DNA of 63,584 bases, counting the filler, from Chiloscyllium plagiosum (lineage: Eukaryota): the NCBI RefSeq assembly GCF_004010195.1. It is 5 parts of one record of this genome, joined end to end, with 100 filler letters (N's around TTAATTAATTAA, not from the genome) between each part and the next. Parts side by side here need not be neighbours in the genome. Positions count along the whole stretch, not along the records: positions 1 to 16,959 come from NC_057714.1; positions 17,060 to 29,579 come from NC_057714.1; 3 more parts are not named here. One strand, 5' to 3'. Both the position numbers and the translations under genes were made by a program. Under the pieces are notes generated by a model. That model did not search any database and was not told where the DNA came from. It worked only from the letters and a program-made list of their open reading frames with translations. Shown one piece after another: positions 11,893-24,135 of the stretch. The first letter of the stretch is position 1. Every line of letters begins with the position of its first letter.

Positions 11893-14111
11893 GAACATAG
11901 AACAGACCCTTCGGCCCACGATGTTGTGCCAAGATTTAATCCTAATGCAAGATATACTAACTTAACCTACGCATCCCTCAACTCACTGCTATCCATGTGC
12001 ATGTCCAGCAGTTGCTTAAATGTCCCCAATGACTCTGTTTCTACCATCACAGCTGGCAATGCATTCCATGCATTCACAACTCTCTGCGTAAAGAACCTAC
12101 CTCTGATGTCTCCTTTATACCTTCCTCCTAATATCTTCAAGCTATGACTTCTCGTATCAGTCCATCCTGCCCTGGGGAAAAGTCTCTGGCTATTGACTCT
12201 ATCCATGCCTCTCATTGCCTTGTACACCTCGATCAGGTCTCCTCTCTTCCTCCTTCTCTCCAGAGAGAAAAGTCCGAGCTTATTCAACCTTTCTTCATAA
12301 GGCAAGTCCTCCAGTCCAGGCAGCGTCCTGGTAAACCTTCTTTGCACCCTCTCCAAAGCCTCCATATCTTTCCTATAGTAGGGCAACCAGAACTGGACAC
12401 AATATTCCAAGTATGGTCTCACCAGGGATTTGTAGAGCTGCAGCAAAATCTCGTAGCTCTTAAACTTGATCCCCCTGTTAGTAAAACCCGAAACACCATA
12501 TGCTTTCTTAACAACCCTATCCACTTGGGTGGCAACTTTGAGGGATCTATGTACTTGCACACCCAGATCCATCTGTTCCTCCACACTGCCAAGAATCCTG
12601 TCTTTAATCCTACATTCAGATCTCTCTGTATCCCATACTTCCTGACTTTATGAATGAGCCTACCATGGGGAACCCTATCAAATGCCTTGCTGAAGTCCAT
12701 ATACACCACATCCACTGCTCGACCTGTCTTGACACCTCCTCAAAGAACTCAATAAGATTTGTGAGGCATGACCTGCCTGTCACAAAACCATGCTGACTGC
12801 CTTTAATCACGCTGTGCTTTGCCAAATAGTTATAAATCCTATCCCTCAGAATTCTTTCCACAACTTTGCTGACCACAGACGTAAGACTGACTGGTCTGTA
12901 ATTGCCTGGGATTTTCCTATTCCCCTTCTTGAAAAGAGGAACAACATTCGCCTCCTTCCAATCCTCCGATATGACTCCCATAGAAAGTGAGGAGGCAAAT
13001 ATCCTCGCCAACAATTTAGCAACCTCCTTTCTCGCTTCCCGGAGCAGCCTGAGATAAATCTGGTCTGGCCCTGGGGACTTATCAATCTTAATGTTTTCCA
13101 AAATTTCCCGCACATCATCTTCATCAATCTTGGTCTGGTCAAACCTGTATCCCAGCTCCTCAAAGTTCTCATTCACAACAAGGTCCCTTTCCTTAGTGAG
13201 AACTGAAGCAAAAAACTCATTTATGGCTTTCCCTATCTGCTCAGACTCCACGCACAAGTTCCCTACGCTATCTGCTCAGACTCCACGCACAAGTTCCCTA
13301 CGCTATCCTTGACCGGCCATAACTGGTCCCTGATCATTCTCTTATTCCTCACGTATGAGTAAAATGCCTTTGGGTTCTCCCTAGTCCGTCTTGCCAAGTC
13401 GTTTTCATGCCCCCTCTTGGCTCTCCTCAGTCCATTTCTGAGCTCCTTCCTAATAAGCCTGTAATCCTCTAACGTTGTGTAGACCCTGCTTCCTCCACCT
13501 TACGTAAGCTGCCTTCTACCTGTTGATGAGAAGTTCCTCTGTTCTCGTCATCCAAGGTTCCTTAACCTTACCCCTTTTTGCCTTTCTCAGAGGAACAAAT
13601 TTGTGCATCACTTGCAACAACTGCTCCTTAAATAGTCTCCTCATGTCTGCGGTGCCCTTTCTATGGAACATTTGCTCCCAGGCTGTACTTCCAACTCCTG
13701 TCTGATAGCGTCATAATTTCCTTTTCCTCAATTAAATATCTTGCCTCAGTAACTCTGCCTTTCACTCTCCAAGGCTATGGTAAATGTGAGGCAGTTGTGA
13801 TCACTTTCACCAGTGCTTTCCCACCATGAGATCTGACACCTGTCCTGGCTTGTTGCTGAGCACCAAATCCAAAATGGCCTCTCCCCTCGTCGGCCTGTCT
13901 ACATACTGAGTAAGGAAACCCTCCTGAACACACCTGACAAAAACGGCTCCATCCAAACCATCTGCACTTAGGAGGTTCCAGTTGATATTGGGAAAGTTGA
14001 AATCACCCATAACAACAACACTACTACTTTTGCATTTTTCCAGAATCTTCCAGCCTATGCGATCTTCAACCTACTGCTATTAGGTGGTCTGTAGAAAATC
14101 CCAAGTGTGGT
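11893..14111 (-). mobile_element. 5'-truncated CR1 LINE with internal deletion, nested in L1 ORF2
   Basis: MGDFNFPNINW, KSPGPDQI, NYRPVSLTSVV, YMDFSKAFDRVPH, FFTQRVVNAWNALP; 3' tail gaacatagaaca at 11893. Confidence 0.92.
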
Positions 14112-15198
14112 TGACAGAAAGTGTACGCTTAGCATGGGTAATTTATTTGAGGGAGACACAATGATGTCCTTTAATCAGTTAGCACGGAAACATGAGCTAT
14201 CTAACAGGAACCTCTCATTTTTTCAAGTTAGGGATTTTATTCAAAAAAGACTACACTTTGACTGATCCATACAAATCTGACATAGCTCAGTGCTAAGCGT
14301 ACACTTTCTGTCAGCATTTTATATCATTAATTGGGGGGTGCCCCCTCAGATGAGTTTGATTGACTCTGCAGGGTGTGGGAGAGAGAGCTAGGTGTTGAAG
14401 TCTCCTCAGAGGAGGGGGAAGATATTTGGGAAAACAGAAGAAAGCTATCAATTTGCAATAGGACCCATGCTTTATACTTGAAGATTCTCCACAGCGTCCA
14501 CTTGTCTCTGGACCATTTGTCAAAATTTAAACCAGGGGTATCTTCAGCATATCCCAAGTGCAAGGTTGGTACGGGCACTCTTATCCATTGTCTCTGGTCT
14601 TGTGATAGGCTCCAAACATACTGGAGTGCTGTGGCGGGTGCAATGGAGAGGATTTTGGGTGTAAGGGTGGAGAAGGACCCGATTTCTCATCTTCTGGGCC
14701 TGCCCAGTGTGTTCCCTGCAGATACGCATAAGAAAAAACTTTTCAACATCCTCACTTTCTGCGCATGAAAGAACATTTTGCTAGGTTGGGTATTTGAAAC
14801 CCTCCCCCCGGCTCTGTCGAGTTGGTGGAAGATTGTAATGGAGCATATCCCCTTGGATTTTCTCACAAGTATGGTACACCACAAAACTGAGAATTTTTAA
14901 TAAGACATGACAACCATTTTTGGAATACGTGGACACAGATTGGTCTGCCACACTAATAAAGGCTTTCATATAGCCATAACAATTGTGCTTTACGAGTCCG
15001 TATCCAAGGAGGAGAACTGCAAACGTATGACTGTATTGTTTGGCTGAGTTGAGTAACGACTATTTATTAGTTTGTTATTGTCTATTATTTATTTAGTTGA
15101 GTAGTTAGTTGAGTTTTTTTTAAATATATAGTTTTCTACATATATTTATAATTTGTACATGAAGGCGGGTTGAGTTCTTTCTTTGCATTGTTTTGAAT

Positions 15199-15852
15199 TG
15201 TATTGTCTTGTATTTGTTGCAATATTTTTAAAAAATCTATTTTTCAATAAAAATATATTTTAAAAAAATGTTGTAAGGCCAGTACCAAACTCAATAGTTC
15301 TTTTTCGGTCATGGAGTATTTCCTCTGGAAGATGTTGAGTCTCTTCGAAAAGTAACCAACTGGCAGTTCAATCCCTTCCTCATCTTCCTGTTGGAGTACA
15401 GCTCCAACTCCGATGTCACTACCATTGATGGCAATTTTGAAGGATCTTGAAGTTTAGTGTAGCTAAAACTGGTGCGGTGGTTAATATTACTTTTAAATGG
15501 TTGAATGCCTCCTGGCATTGTTCTGTGTATTGTCTTGTATTTGTTGCAATATTTTTTAAAAATCTATTTTTCAATAAAAATATATTTTAAAAAAATGTTG
15601 TAAGGCCAGTACCAAACTCAATAGTTCTTTTTCGGTCGTGGAGTATTTCCTCTGGAAGATGTTGAGTCTCTTCGAAAAGTAACCAACTGGCAGTTCAATC
15701 CCTTCCTCATCTTCCTGTTGGAGTACAGCTCCAACTCCGATGTCACTACCATTGATGGCAATTTTGAAGGATCTTGAAGTTTAGTGTAGCTAAAACTGGT
15801 GCGGTGGTTAATATTACTTTTAAATGGTTGAATGCCTCCTGGCATTGTTCTG
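15199..15852 (+). repeat. 327-bp direct tandem duplication spanning the L1 3' end/Gypsy junction
   Basis: 15199-15525 is nearly identical to 15526-15852, with a few mismatches or indels. Confidence 0.9.
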
Positions 15853-16525
15853 TCCACCGAAACTTTGTGTTCTTCTTCAGCAAATCTGTTAACGGTGCCA
15901 CTACACTGCTGAAGTTCGGAACAAACTTCCGATGGAATCCACTGAGTCCTAAACATCTTTCTTCAAGGTTGGTCGTGGAAATTTCTCGATAGCCTTCATC
16001 TTTGCGTTCCAAGGGGTCAACCTTCCATGACTGAATAATGCCCCAAGAACATCACCTCTGCTTCTGTGAATTCTGTTTTATTTAAATTTATCACCAGTTT
16101 TGCTTCTCGTAGTCATTCAAAGAGCTCTGCCAAATGTACCATGTGATCTTTCCAGGGCTTACTAAAGATCACTACACTGTTCAAATAGACTGCACAGTTT
16201 GTTAATCCAGCCACAACTCTGTTCATGAGTCTTTGGAATGTGGCGGGTGCATTCTTCATTCCAAAAGGCATCACTTTGAATTGATATAGCCCATTCGGGG
16301 TTACAAATGCAGAAATTTCTTTCACCCGTTCTGAAAAAGGTACCTGCCAATAACCACGCAAGAAGTCCAGCTTAGTGATGTAACTGGCTTGTCCAACTTT
16401 CTCCAAACTCAGTATTGGATATGAGTTCAATTTTGTAACGGAGTTGACCTTCTGATAATCCATGCAAAATCATTGAATCCCATCCGGTTTGGGAACTAAG
16501 ATAATTGGTGAACTCCATTTGTTCT

Positions 16526-16959
16526 GAAATGGAATGGAATTTATTGTTACATGTACTGAGGCACAATGAAAAGCTTTGTCCAAAATGGTTGGACTATAAA
16601 AGCACTGTTGTGCTACTGAGACTTTATAAAGCCCTGGTTAGGCCCCATTTGGAATACTGTGTCCAGTTTTGGTCCCCACACCTCAGGAAGGACATACTGG
16701 CACTGGAGCGTGTCCAGCGGAGATTCACACGGATGATCCCTGGAATGGTAGGTCTAACATACGAGGAACGGCTCAAGATCCTGGGATTGTATTCATTGGA
16801 GTTTAGAAGATTAAGGGGAGATCTAATAGAAACTTACAAGATAATACATGGCTTGGAAAGGGTGGACGCTAGGAAATTGTTTCTGTTAGGTGAGGAGACT
16901 AGGACCCGTGGACACAGCCTTAGAATTAGAGGGGGTAAATTCAGAACAGAAATGCGGAG
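16526..16959 (+). mobile_element. CR1 ORF2 C-terminal fragment
   Basis: LYKALVRPHLEYCVQFWSPHLRKDILALERVQRRFTRMIPG; runs into a gap. Confidence 0.9.
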
Positions 16960-17059
16960 NNNNNNNNNNNNNNNNNNNNNNNNNNNNNNNNNNNNNNNNN
17001 NNNTTAATTAATTAANNNNNNNNNNNNNNNNNNNNNNNNNNNNNNNNNNNNNNNNNNNN
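16960..17059. other. Assembly gap with artificial TTAATTAATTAA linker (same at 29580-29679, 37968-38067, 57702-57801; plain ~500-N gaps at 18949-19441, 25911-26410, 47346-47845)
   Basis: The identical 12-mer sits at the centre of four 100-nt N blocks and gives stops in all six frames. Confidence 0.95.
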
Positions 17060-17520
17060 TGGTGAGGTCAGGATTGGAGCAGGGGGATTGGAGGGCTGCG
17101 CGTTGTGAGGGTGAGAGGTTGGAGTGGTGGAGGGGGGTCGACAGGTTGAGGCGGTTAATGTCCCGGCGGCAGTTGGAAATGAAGAGGTCGAGGGCAGGTA
17201 ATAGGCCAGCGCGGGGTGTCCAGGTGGATGCAGTGTGTTGGAGGTGGGCGAATGGGTCCTCGGAAGGTGGGCGGGAGTCCTGATTGTGAAAGAAAGCTTG
17301 GAGGTGGAGGCGGCGGAAGAAGTGTTCGATGTCACGGCGTGTATTAAATTCATTGATGCGTGGACAGAGGGGGATGAAGGTGAGTCCTTTGCTGAGGACT
17401 GATCGTTCGTTCTCAGTGAGTGGGAGGTCTGGAGGGATGGTGAAAACTCGGCAGGGCCGGGAGCTGGGATCTGGTGTGGGTGTGGAGCTGGGAGTGGGGG
17501 CGGAGCCAGTACCTGGAGTA
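17060..17520 (-). mobile_element. Penelope-like element ORF, N-terminal (pre-RT) fragment
   Basis: PLTENERSVLSKGLTFIP..DIEHFFRRLHLQAFF..STWTP..SNLSPSQRAALQS..NPDLT, just upstream of the expected IKPADKG motif. Confidence 0.8.
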
Positions 17521-20334
17521 GATTGTGCTTCACTGACCTGATTGAGTTCTTCAAATAAGTGACAAAACAGGTGCATATGGATTTCAGTAAGGCATTTGAT
17601 AAGGTTCTCCAAGGTAGGCTATTGTACAAAATACAGAGCTTCAGGATCAAAGGTGTTTTGGATCAGAAATTGGCTAGCTGAAAGAAGACAGAGAGTGGTG
17701 GTTGCTGGGAAATGTTCATCCTGGAGCTCAGTTATCAGTGGTGGTGCTGCAAGGATCTGTTTTGGGACCATTGCTGTTTGTCATTTTTATAAATGATCTG
17801 GATGTGGTCGTAGAAGGATGGATGACACTCAGGTAGGCAGAATTGTGGATAATGCCGAAGGATATTGTGAATTACAGAGGGACATAGATAAGATGCAGAT
17901 CTGGGCTGAGAAGTGGCAAATGGAGTTTAATGCGGATAAAATATGAGGTAGTTCACTTCGGAAGAAGTAACAGGAACGCAGAGTACTGGGCTAATGGTAA
18001 AATTCTTGGCAGTGTAGATGAACAGAGAGATCTCGGTGTCCAGGCGCATAAATCCCTGAAAGTTGTCACTCAGGTTGATAGGGTTGTTAAGAAGGCATGT
18101 AGTGTGTTGACGTTTATTGGTGGGGCATATAGTTTTGGAGCCAAAAAGTCATGCTTCAGCTGTACAAGACATTGGTAAAGCCGCACCTGGAGTACTGCAT
18201 ATAGTTCTCATCACCGCATTATAGGAAGGATGTGAAAGCTTTGGAATGGGTTCAGAGGAGATTTACTAGGATGTTTCCTGGTATGGAGGGAAGGTCTTAC
18301 GAGAAAAATCTGAAGGAACTAAGGCTGTTTTCATTGGAGAGAAAAAGGCATGAAAAATCTTTGGCGGATAGGATCAAGGATAACCCAAAGGCATTTTATG
18401 CGTATGTGAGAAACATGAGAATGACGAGAACAAGGGTAGGTCCAATTAAGGACAGTAGTGGGAGACTGTGTATTGAGTCGGAAGAGATAAGTGAGGTCTT
18501 GAATAAGTACTTTTCTTCAGTATTTACGAACGAGAGGGACTGTATTGTTAAAGAGGAGAGTGTGAAACGGACTGGTAAGTTAGAGGAGATACTTGTTAGG
18601 AAGGAAGATGTGTTGGACATTTTGAACAACTTGACAAGTCCCCCAGGCCTGACGGGATATATCCTAGGATTATGTGGGAAGCAAGAGAGGAAATTGCAGT
18701 ACTGTTGGCAATGATCTTTTCGTCTTCACTGTCAACGGGGGTAGTGCCAGGGGACTGGAAAGTGGCGAATGTTGTGCCCTTGTTCAAAAAAGGGAATAGG
18801 GATAACCCCGGGAATTACAGGCCAGTTAGTCTTACTTCGGTGGAAGGCAAAGTAATGGAAAGGGTACTGAAGGATAGGATTTATGAGTATCTGGAAAGAC
18901 ACTGCTTGATTAGGGACAGCCAGCACAGATTTGTGAGGGGTAGGTCTTNNNNNNNNNNNNNNNNNNNNNNNNNNNNNNNNNNNNNNNNNNNNNNNNNNNN
19001 NNNNNNNNNNNNNNNNNNNNNNNNNNNNNNNNNNNNNNNNNNNNNNNNNNNNNNNNNNNNNNNNNNNNNNNNNNNNNNNNNNNNNNNNNNNNNNNNNNNN
19101 NNNNNNNNNNNNNNNNNNNNNNNNNNNNNNNNNNNNNNNNNNNNNNNNNNNNNNNNNNNNNNNNNNNNNNNNNNNNNNNNNNNNNNNNNNNNNNNNNNNN
19201 NNNNNNNNNNNNNNNNNNNNNNNNNNNNNNNNNNNNNNNNNNNNNNNNNNNNNNNNNNNNNNNNNNNNNNNNNNNNNNNNNNNNNNNNNNNNNNNNNNNN
19301 NNNNNNNNNNNNNNNNNNNNNNNNNNNNNNNNNNNNNNNNNNNNNNNNNNNNNNNNNNNNNNNNNNNNNNNNNNNNNNNNNNNNNNNNNNNNNNNNNNNN
19401 NNNNNNNNNNNNNNNNNNNNNNNNNNNNNNNNNNNNNNNNNCTGTACAGGACTTTGGTTAGGTCACATTTGGAGTACTGTGTGCAGTTCTGGTCGCTTCA
19501 CTTTAGGAAAGATGTGGAAGCTTTGGGGAGGGTGCAGAGAAGATTTACCAGGATGTTGCCTGGAATGGAGAATAGGTCATGCGAGGATAGGTTGAGAGTG
19601 CTAGGCCTTTTCTCATTGGAATGGTGAAGGATGAGGGGTGACTTGATAGAGGTTTATAAGATGATTAGGGGAATAGATAGAGTAGACAGTCAGAAGCTTT
19701 TTCCCCGGGTGCAACAGAGTGTTACAAGGGGCATAAATTTAAGGTGAAGGGTGGAAGGTATAGGGGGGATGTCAGGGGTGGGTTCTTTACCCAGAGAGTG
19801 GTGTGGGCATGGAATGCGCTGCCTGTGGGAGTGGTAGAGTCAGAATCTTTGGTGACCTTTAAGCGGCAATTGGATAGGTACATGGATAGGTGCTTAAGCT
19901 AGGACAAATGTTCGGCACAACATCGTGGGCCGAAGGGCCTGTTCTGTGCTGTATTGTTCTATGTTCTATGTTGAGAGGTGACTTAATTGAGACATATAAG
20001 ATAATCAGAGGGTTAGATAGGCTGGACAGTGAGAGTCTTTTTCCTCAGATGGTGAATGCCAACACAAGAGGACGTAGCTTTAAATTGAGGAGTGATAGAA
20101 TTAGGACAGATGTCAGGGGTAGTTTATTTACTCAGAGAGTAGTAGGGGCGTGAAACGCACTACCTGCAATAGTAGTAGACTGACAGCCGTTAAGGGCATT
20201 TAAATGGGCATTGGACATACATATGGATAATAATGGAACCGTGTACGATAGATGGACATAAGATTAATTTCACAGGTAAGCACAACATCGAGGGCCAAAG
20301 GGCCTGTACTGTGCTGTAACTTCTATATTCTATG
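17520..20334 (+). mobile_element. Three adjacent CR1 ORF2 fragments (RT and 3' ends)
   Basis: NVVPLFKKGNRDNPGNYRPVSLTS; RGDLIETYKIIRG; tails ttctatgttctatg at ~19960 and ~20330. Confidence 0.88.
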
Positions 20335-21485
20335 AATCAGATTGGATTCACATAACTTGGATATTGAGCACAGATATCACAGACATTAACATCTCACACC
20401 TGCACAAACAGTTAAATGAAACATTTCATAAGCGGACTTTATACTCAGACATAAAATTACATTCATATTTGTCTTTCTTCAAAAAGGTATAAAAAGACTC
20501 TGCTCTGTAGTCAGTGCCATAGACAGAAAGACATCTGTCTTGGGTAGAAGGTACACAGAACTGATCATCTACTTCCACAGGAACTCTGAACAGGTTGTAC
20601 ATTTAATTCAGTTTATCAATGTTTTAAATTATGAGGCTCCCTCTCATTTGGGACCATATCTTCTCCTGAAACAGAAGATTTACATGATCAACCTCAGCGA
20701 GTATTTTGCTGATATGGCAAATGTAGTAGACTGGGTGGTCAATGGTAATCCCCAGGAGGTTGATAGTGGGGGATGCAGTGTTGGTAACACCATTGAATGT
20801 CAAGGGTGATTGTTAGATTCCACCTTGTTGAAGATACTCATTACCTTGAAGCTGTATGGCATGAATATTTACCTGGCTATGGCCGGGTCTTGCTGCATTT
20901 GAAGATGAACCACTTCAGTATGTGAGGAGTTGCAAATTATGCTGAACATTGTGTAATCATCAGCTAAAATCCCCACTTTTCACCTGATGATGGAAGGAAA
21001 GTCATTGATGAAGCAGCTGAAGATGGTTGGATCGAGGTCACTGCCCTGGTTAAAATATAACACCATTTTGAAGTACACATTGAGGACCAACAGAAACTGA
21101 AGTGACTTTATGGATTGGTGACCTCACAGCAAAGGGAGCTTCATTCATGACTGTTAGATACAATTAGAGGTGAGACAACTGAAGGACTTTGTAATGGCTG
21201 AAGGAATCCTGCAACAAAATTCTGTTGTAATGAGAAATAAAAGCTTTGTGTTTGAAAACAAAAAGTCCTTGAAAATGCTGCTGGTTAACAGTGACCACAA
21301 CCTGATTGAGGTTAACACACAGTTTCAGGTTGATAGGCATGGTCCAAGACTAGTATTTTAAGTTGAAACAAAGGCAATTATGAGGGTATGAAAGCTGAGC
21401 GAGCAAGGTCAGGTTAAGGATTAGGTCAATAGAGATGCAGAAGCAAACAGTTTAGTGCATATTCCAGATAGTGCAGAATGGATAC
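20335..21485 (+). repeat. Copy 1 of a triplicated ~1.1-kb segment (other copies ~25030-25910 and ~27227-28407)
   Basis: Shared attggattcacataac..., ccctctcatttggg..., caaaaagtccttgaaaatgctg..., ccagatagtgcagaatggatac; includes an ancient minus-strand LINE remnant (HHPLIFNGVTNT.SPTINILGFTIDH). Confidence 0.9.
20338..20593 (+). promoter_or_regulatory. Candidate TATA promoter plus short non-coding first exon (paralog ~25035-25306; truncated paralog ending 27330)
   Basis: ATTGG, ttcacataa, acaaaca, ggacttt and tatttgt motifs, TATAAAAA at 20488 (25183 in copy 2), then about 105-125 nt to CAG|GT (CAG|GTAGTA in copies 2 and 3). Confidence 0.35.
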
Positions 21486-21649
21486 ACTCCAACAAACTAG
21501 AATGTTTCTGAGAGATATACCTGTCATCCATTTCTCCCTAAAACAGTCAAACAGAGTATCACACTCAAAGAAAAGTCAAATACAAGCTGCCGGTCAGAAG
21601 ATTGGAGTGAATCTAAAAAGAAAAATATATACTAGAGAGGAAATCGAAG

Positions 21650-24135
21650 TTATCACAGAGACATGGGTAAAAGAGGGATCGAATTGGCAGCTTAATGTTC
21701 TGTGATATCGATGTTTTAAATGAGAAAGAGGAGGAAGGAAAAGAGGTGGGGGTGATGCATTACTGGTGAGGGAGCGTATCACAGCTGTATTGAGGGAGGA
21801 CACTTTGGGGAGGTCTTGTAGTAAGGCATATGTGTAGGGCTCAGGGATAGGAAGGCTGCAGTTGCAATACTGACCTCCCAGGAGCCAGTGGGAGATAGAG
21901 GAAAAGATATGCAATCAATATCTGGAGAGATGTGAAAATAGCAGGGTTGTTGTGGGGGTTGATTTAAATTTCTCACATGGAGATTGGGACTCCCTTAGCG
22001 CCAGGGATTTGGATGGGGAGCAATTTGTTAGGTATATTCAAGTGGGTTTTTTGAAACACTATGTGGATAACCCAACAAGGTAAGGGCTATACTTTCATTG
22101 GGAAATGAGCATGGCCACAATCAAAGTTTCAGTAAGGTGCATTTTGGGAAAAGTGACCCTAATTCTGGAAGTTTTCAGATACGTATGGATAAGGGGAAGT
22201 GTGGACCTGGGCTGAAAGTGTTAAATTGGGGAAAGGTCAGCAATAACCGAATTAGGCAAGAATGGGTGAATGTGGATTGGGAGTCTGACATTTGTGTGCT
22301 TCTTAAGGGCCAGTTGATTAAAGTGCAAGGACAGATATTTTCTGGTGAAAATTAAGGATAGGAACAGCTGGATTTGAGACCTAAGAATACAGGGGACATT
22401 ATCAGCTTACTCAAAAAAAAGGGAAGCATGTCTAAGGCTGGCAACTAAAAGCACACAAAGTTCTTGAATAAAATAGAAAAAGTAGGAAGGAGCTCAAACA
22501 GGGAATTAGGAGGGTCACAAGGTGCAATGAAATGTCCTTGGCCGGGCAAGGAGAGAGCTTACGTGTGGAGCCAGAGGAATTGTGTGAGATCCTTAATGAG
22601 TACTTTAAATCAGTGTTCACCAAAGAGAGGGATGTGAGGGATCTTGACATGAGGGAAAGGTGTATGATTACTCTTGGGCAGGTCAACATATGAAGGAGGA
22701 AGTGTTGGGTATCTTTAAATCCATTAAGGTAGACAAGTTCCAAGAGCCAGACTGAATCTTGCCCAGGATTCAGTGGAGGCAAGGGAGGAAATAGCTGGGG
22801 CATTAGCAGCCTCTTTGACCTCAGGCAGGGTTGGAGAATGGCCAATGTTGTTCCTTTGTTTAAGAAGGGAAACTGAGACAATCCAAGTAATGACAGGCCG
22901 GTGAGCCTGACGTCAGTGGTGGGGAAGTTCTTGGAGAAGATACTGACTGACAGGATTTATTCACATTTGGAAGTGAATGGACTTGTTAGTGATAAGCAGC
23001 ATGGGTTTGTGCAGGTAACATCATGTCTCAACAACCTGTGGAAGCAACAAGAATAACTGATGAGGGAAGGGCAGTGTATGTCGGCTACATGGACTTTAGT
23101 CATGCAATAGACAAAGTACCTCGTGCCAAGCTGGTATAGACGGTCGAGCCTAATGGGATCTGGGTGAATGGGATCTGGTTACAAAACTGGCTTCGTCCGA
23201 GAAGACAGAGAGTAGCAGTGGAAGAGTGCTTTTTGGAATGGAAATCAGTAACTGGTGGTGTTCCAAAGGGATGAGTGCTGGGCTCTTTGTTGCTTGTAAT
23301 ATATATAAATGATCTGAAGGAAAATGTAGCTGATCTGATTAGTGAATTTTTAGATAACAACAAAATTGGCTGTGTTGCGGATAGTGAGGAGGATTGTCAA
23401 ATGTTACAACACGGGATAAACACCCCTGTTTAATTTAAAGCAGCAACACAGAAAAGATTTATCCAGTGCAGTAATCTGTGAAAATTCAAGAGACCAATTA
23501 TTATTGAAAGTAAACATTAACAACTTTATTTCTTAAAGTATAACAGAGAATAATTATCTAACAACTATTTACAACTCCTTCCTCTACCCTACCTTTCACT
23601 GTCCCTTCTATAATACTAGTCCGATAAAACCCCTGAGTAAGATTTACCAAAAGTTCAAATTTCAAAACCAGGCAGCTCTTGAATCTTCCCTGTGTATCTT
23701 CCTCTGTAGATTTTCTTCTTCTTCGGGATTTCTGTTTCTCAGGTCACTGATAGATAAAGGTACCTTTAAGAGAACTGTATTTTGGGCAGTCTGAACATGC
23801 TAGTGGCTTGGCAATTCTCCTCTCAACTGTTCAGGTTTTCCCGGTCTTATACCCCCAAAGCGTCGAATTGTGTCATTGGGTTTTAGTGTTGTCAATATAC
23901 ATTGAAGCTTGATTGGAGTTTGTTTAAACTGTATAATTTAAACTGATTGGCTGAATTTGAATGTCTTTTTGTATCCAGGCAACCAGCTAGTCTAGCTGCA
24001 GGACCACATGTTACATTGTAACTTCTCCAGCACTCTGTGTGTCTAAGTCTTTCACTCTCTTAAAGGGACAATACACTTCTATACCTTCACAACACAAAGG
24101 ATACAGCGAGTATAGATAGATTGCAGATTTTGAAA
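21650..24135 (+). mobile_element. Old degenerate CR1 ORF2 (EN-RT), interrupted by a solo LTR
   Basis: ITETWVKEGSNWQLNV.., NVVPLFKKG, and GVPKG*VLG motifs with many stops. Confidence 0.8.
23402..24094 (-). mobile_element. Solo LTR of the Gypsy family seen at 3615-4555
   Basis: TGTTAC...CACAACA termini, 4-bp TSD caaa (23398-23401 / 24095-24098) inside CR1; colinear similarity with 3615-4555. Confidence 0.85.

Larger units (their letters stand above)
6896..14972 (+). pseudogene. L1 ORF2 (APE endonuclease, RT, CCHC), disrupted by stops, frameshifts, hAT and CR1 insertions
   Basis: TWNIKGSHSPIKRKKV..QET; SDHAAV; GKAPSLDRLPNEFYK..SYRPISILNMDFKILSK; ISL|DAEKAFD across the hAT; YLGIFIT; KCKVGTGTLIHCLWSC. 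Confidence 0.88.
5278..15264 (+). mobile_element. L1-clade LINE with both ends intact (5'UTR-ORF1-long spacer-ORF2-3'UTR-polyA), degenerate, with nested insertions
   Basis: TSD aaaatggtgtaagg (5264-5277) / aaaatgttgtaagg (15265-15278) at a TT/AAAA site; 5' end ggggcatctaagatggtggcg; AATAAA at ~15246 followed by an A-rich tail. Confidence 0.9.
4743..16520 (-). pseudogene. Gypsy (Gmr1-like) pol RT-RNase H pseudogene, split by L1 (5278-15264) and SINE (4806-5130) insertions
   Basis: RT: DYQKVNSVTK..KLDFLRGYWQVP..VMPFGMKNAPATFQRLM..AVYLNSVVIFS (degenerate YLDD) and RKFVPNFSSVVAPLTDLLKK (~15280-16520). RNase H end: RLFRWSLTLQTFNLQI/IHVAGRKNGIADVSSWI*, stop at 4743-4745. Confidence 0.85.

Noticed and set aside
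13233..13308. 35-bp tandem duplication within CR1
   Set aside because: Ordinary slippage duplication in a dead repeat.
17004..17015. TTAATTAATTAA palindrome recurring four times
   Set aside because: Always centred in 100-nt N blocks; an artificial scaffolding linker, not biology.
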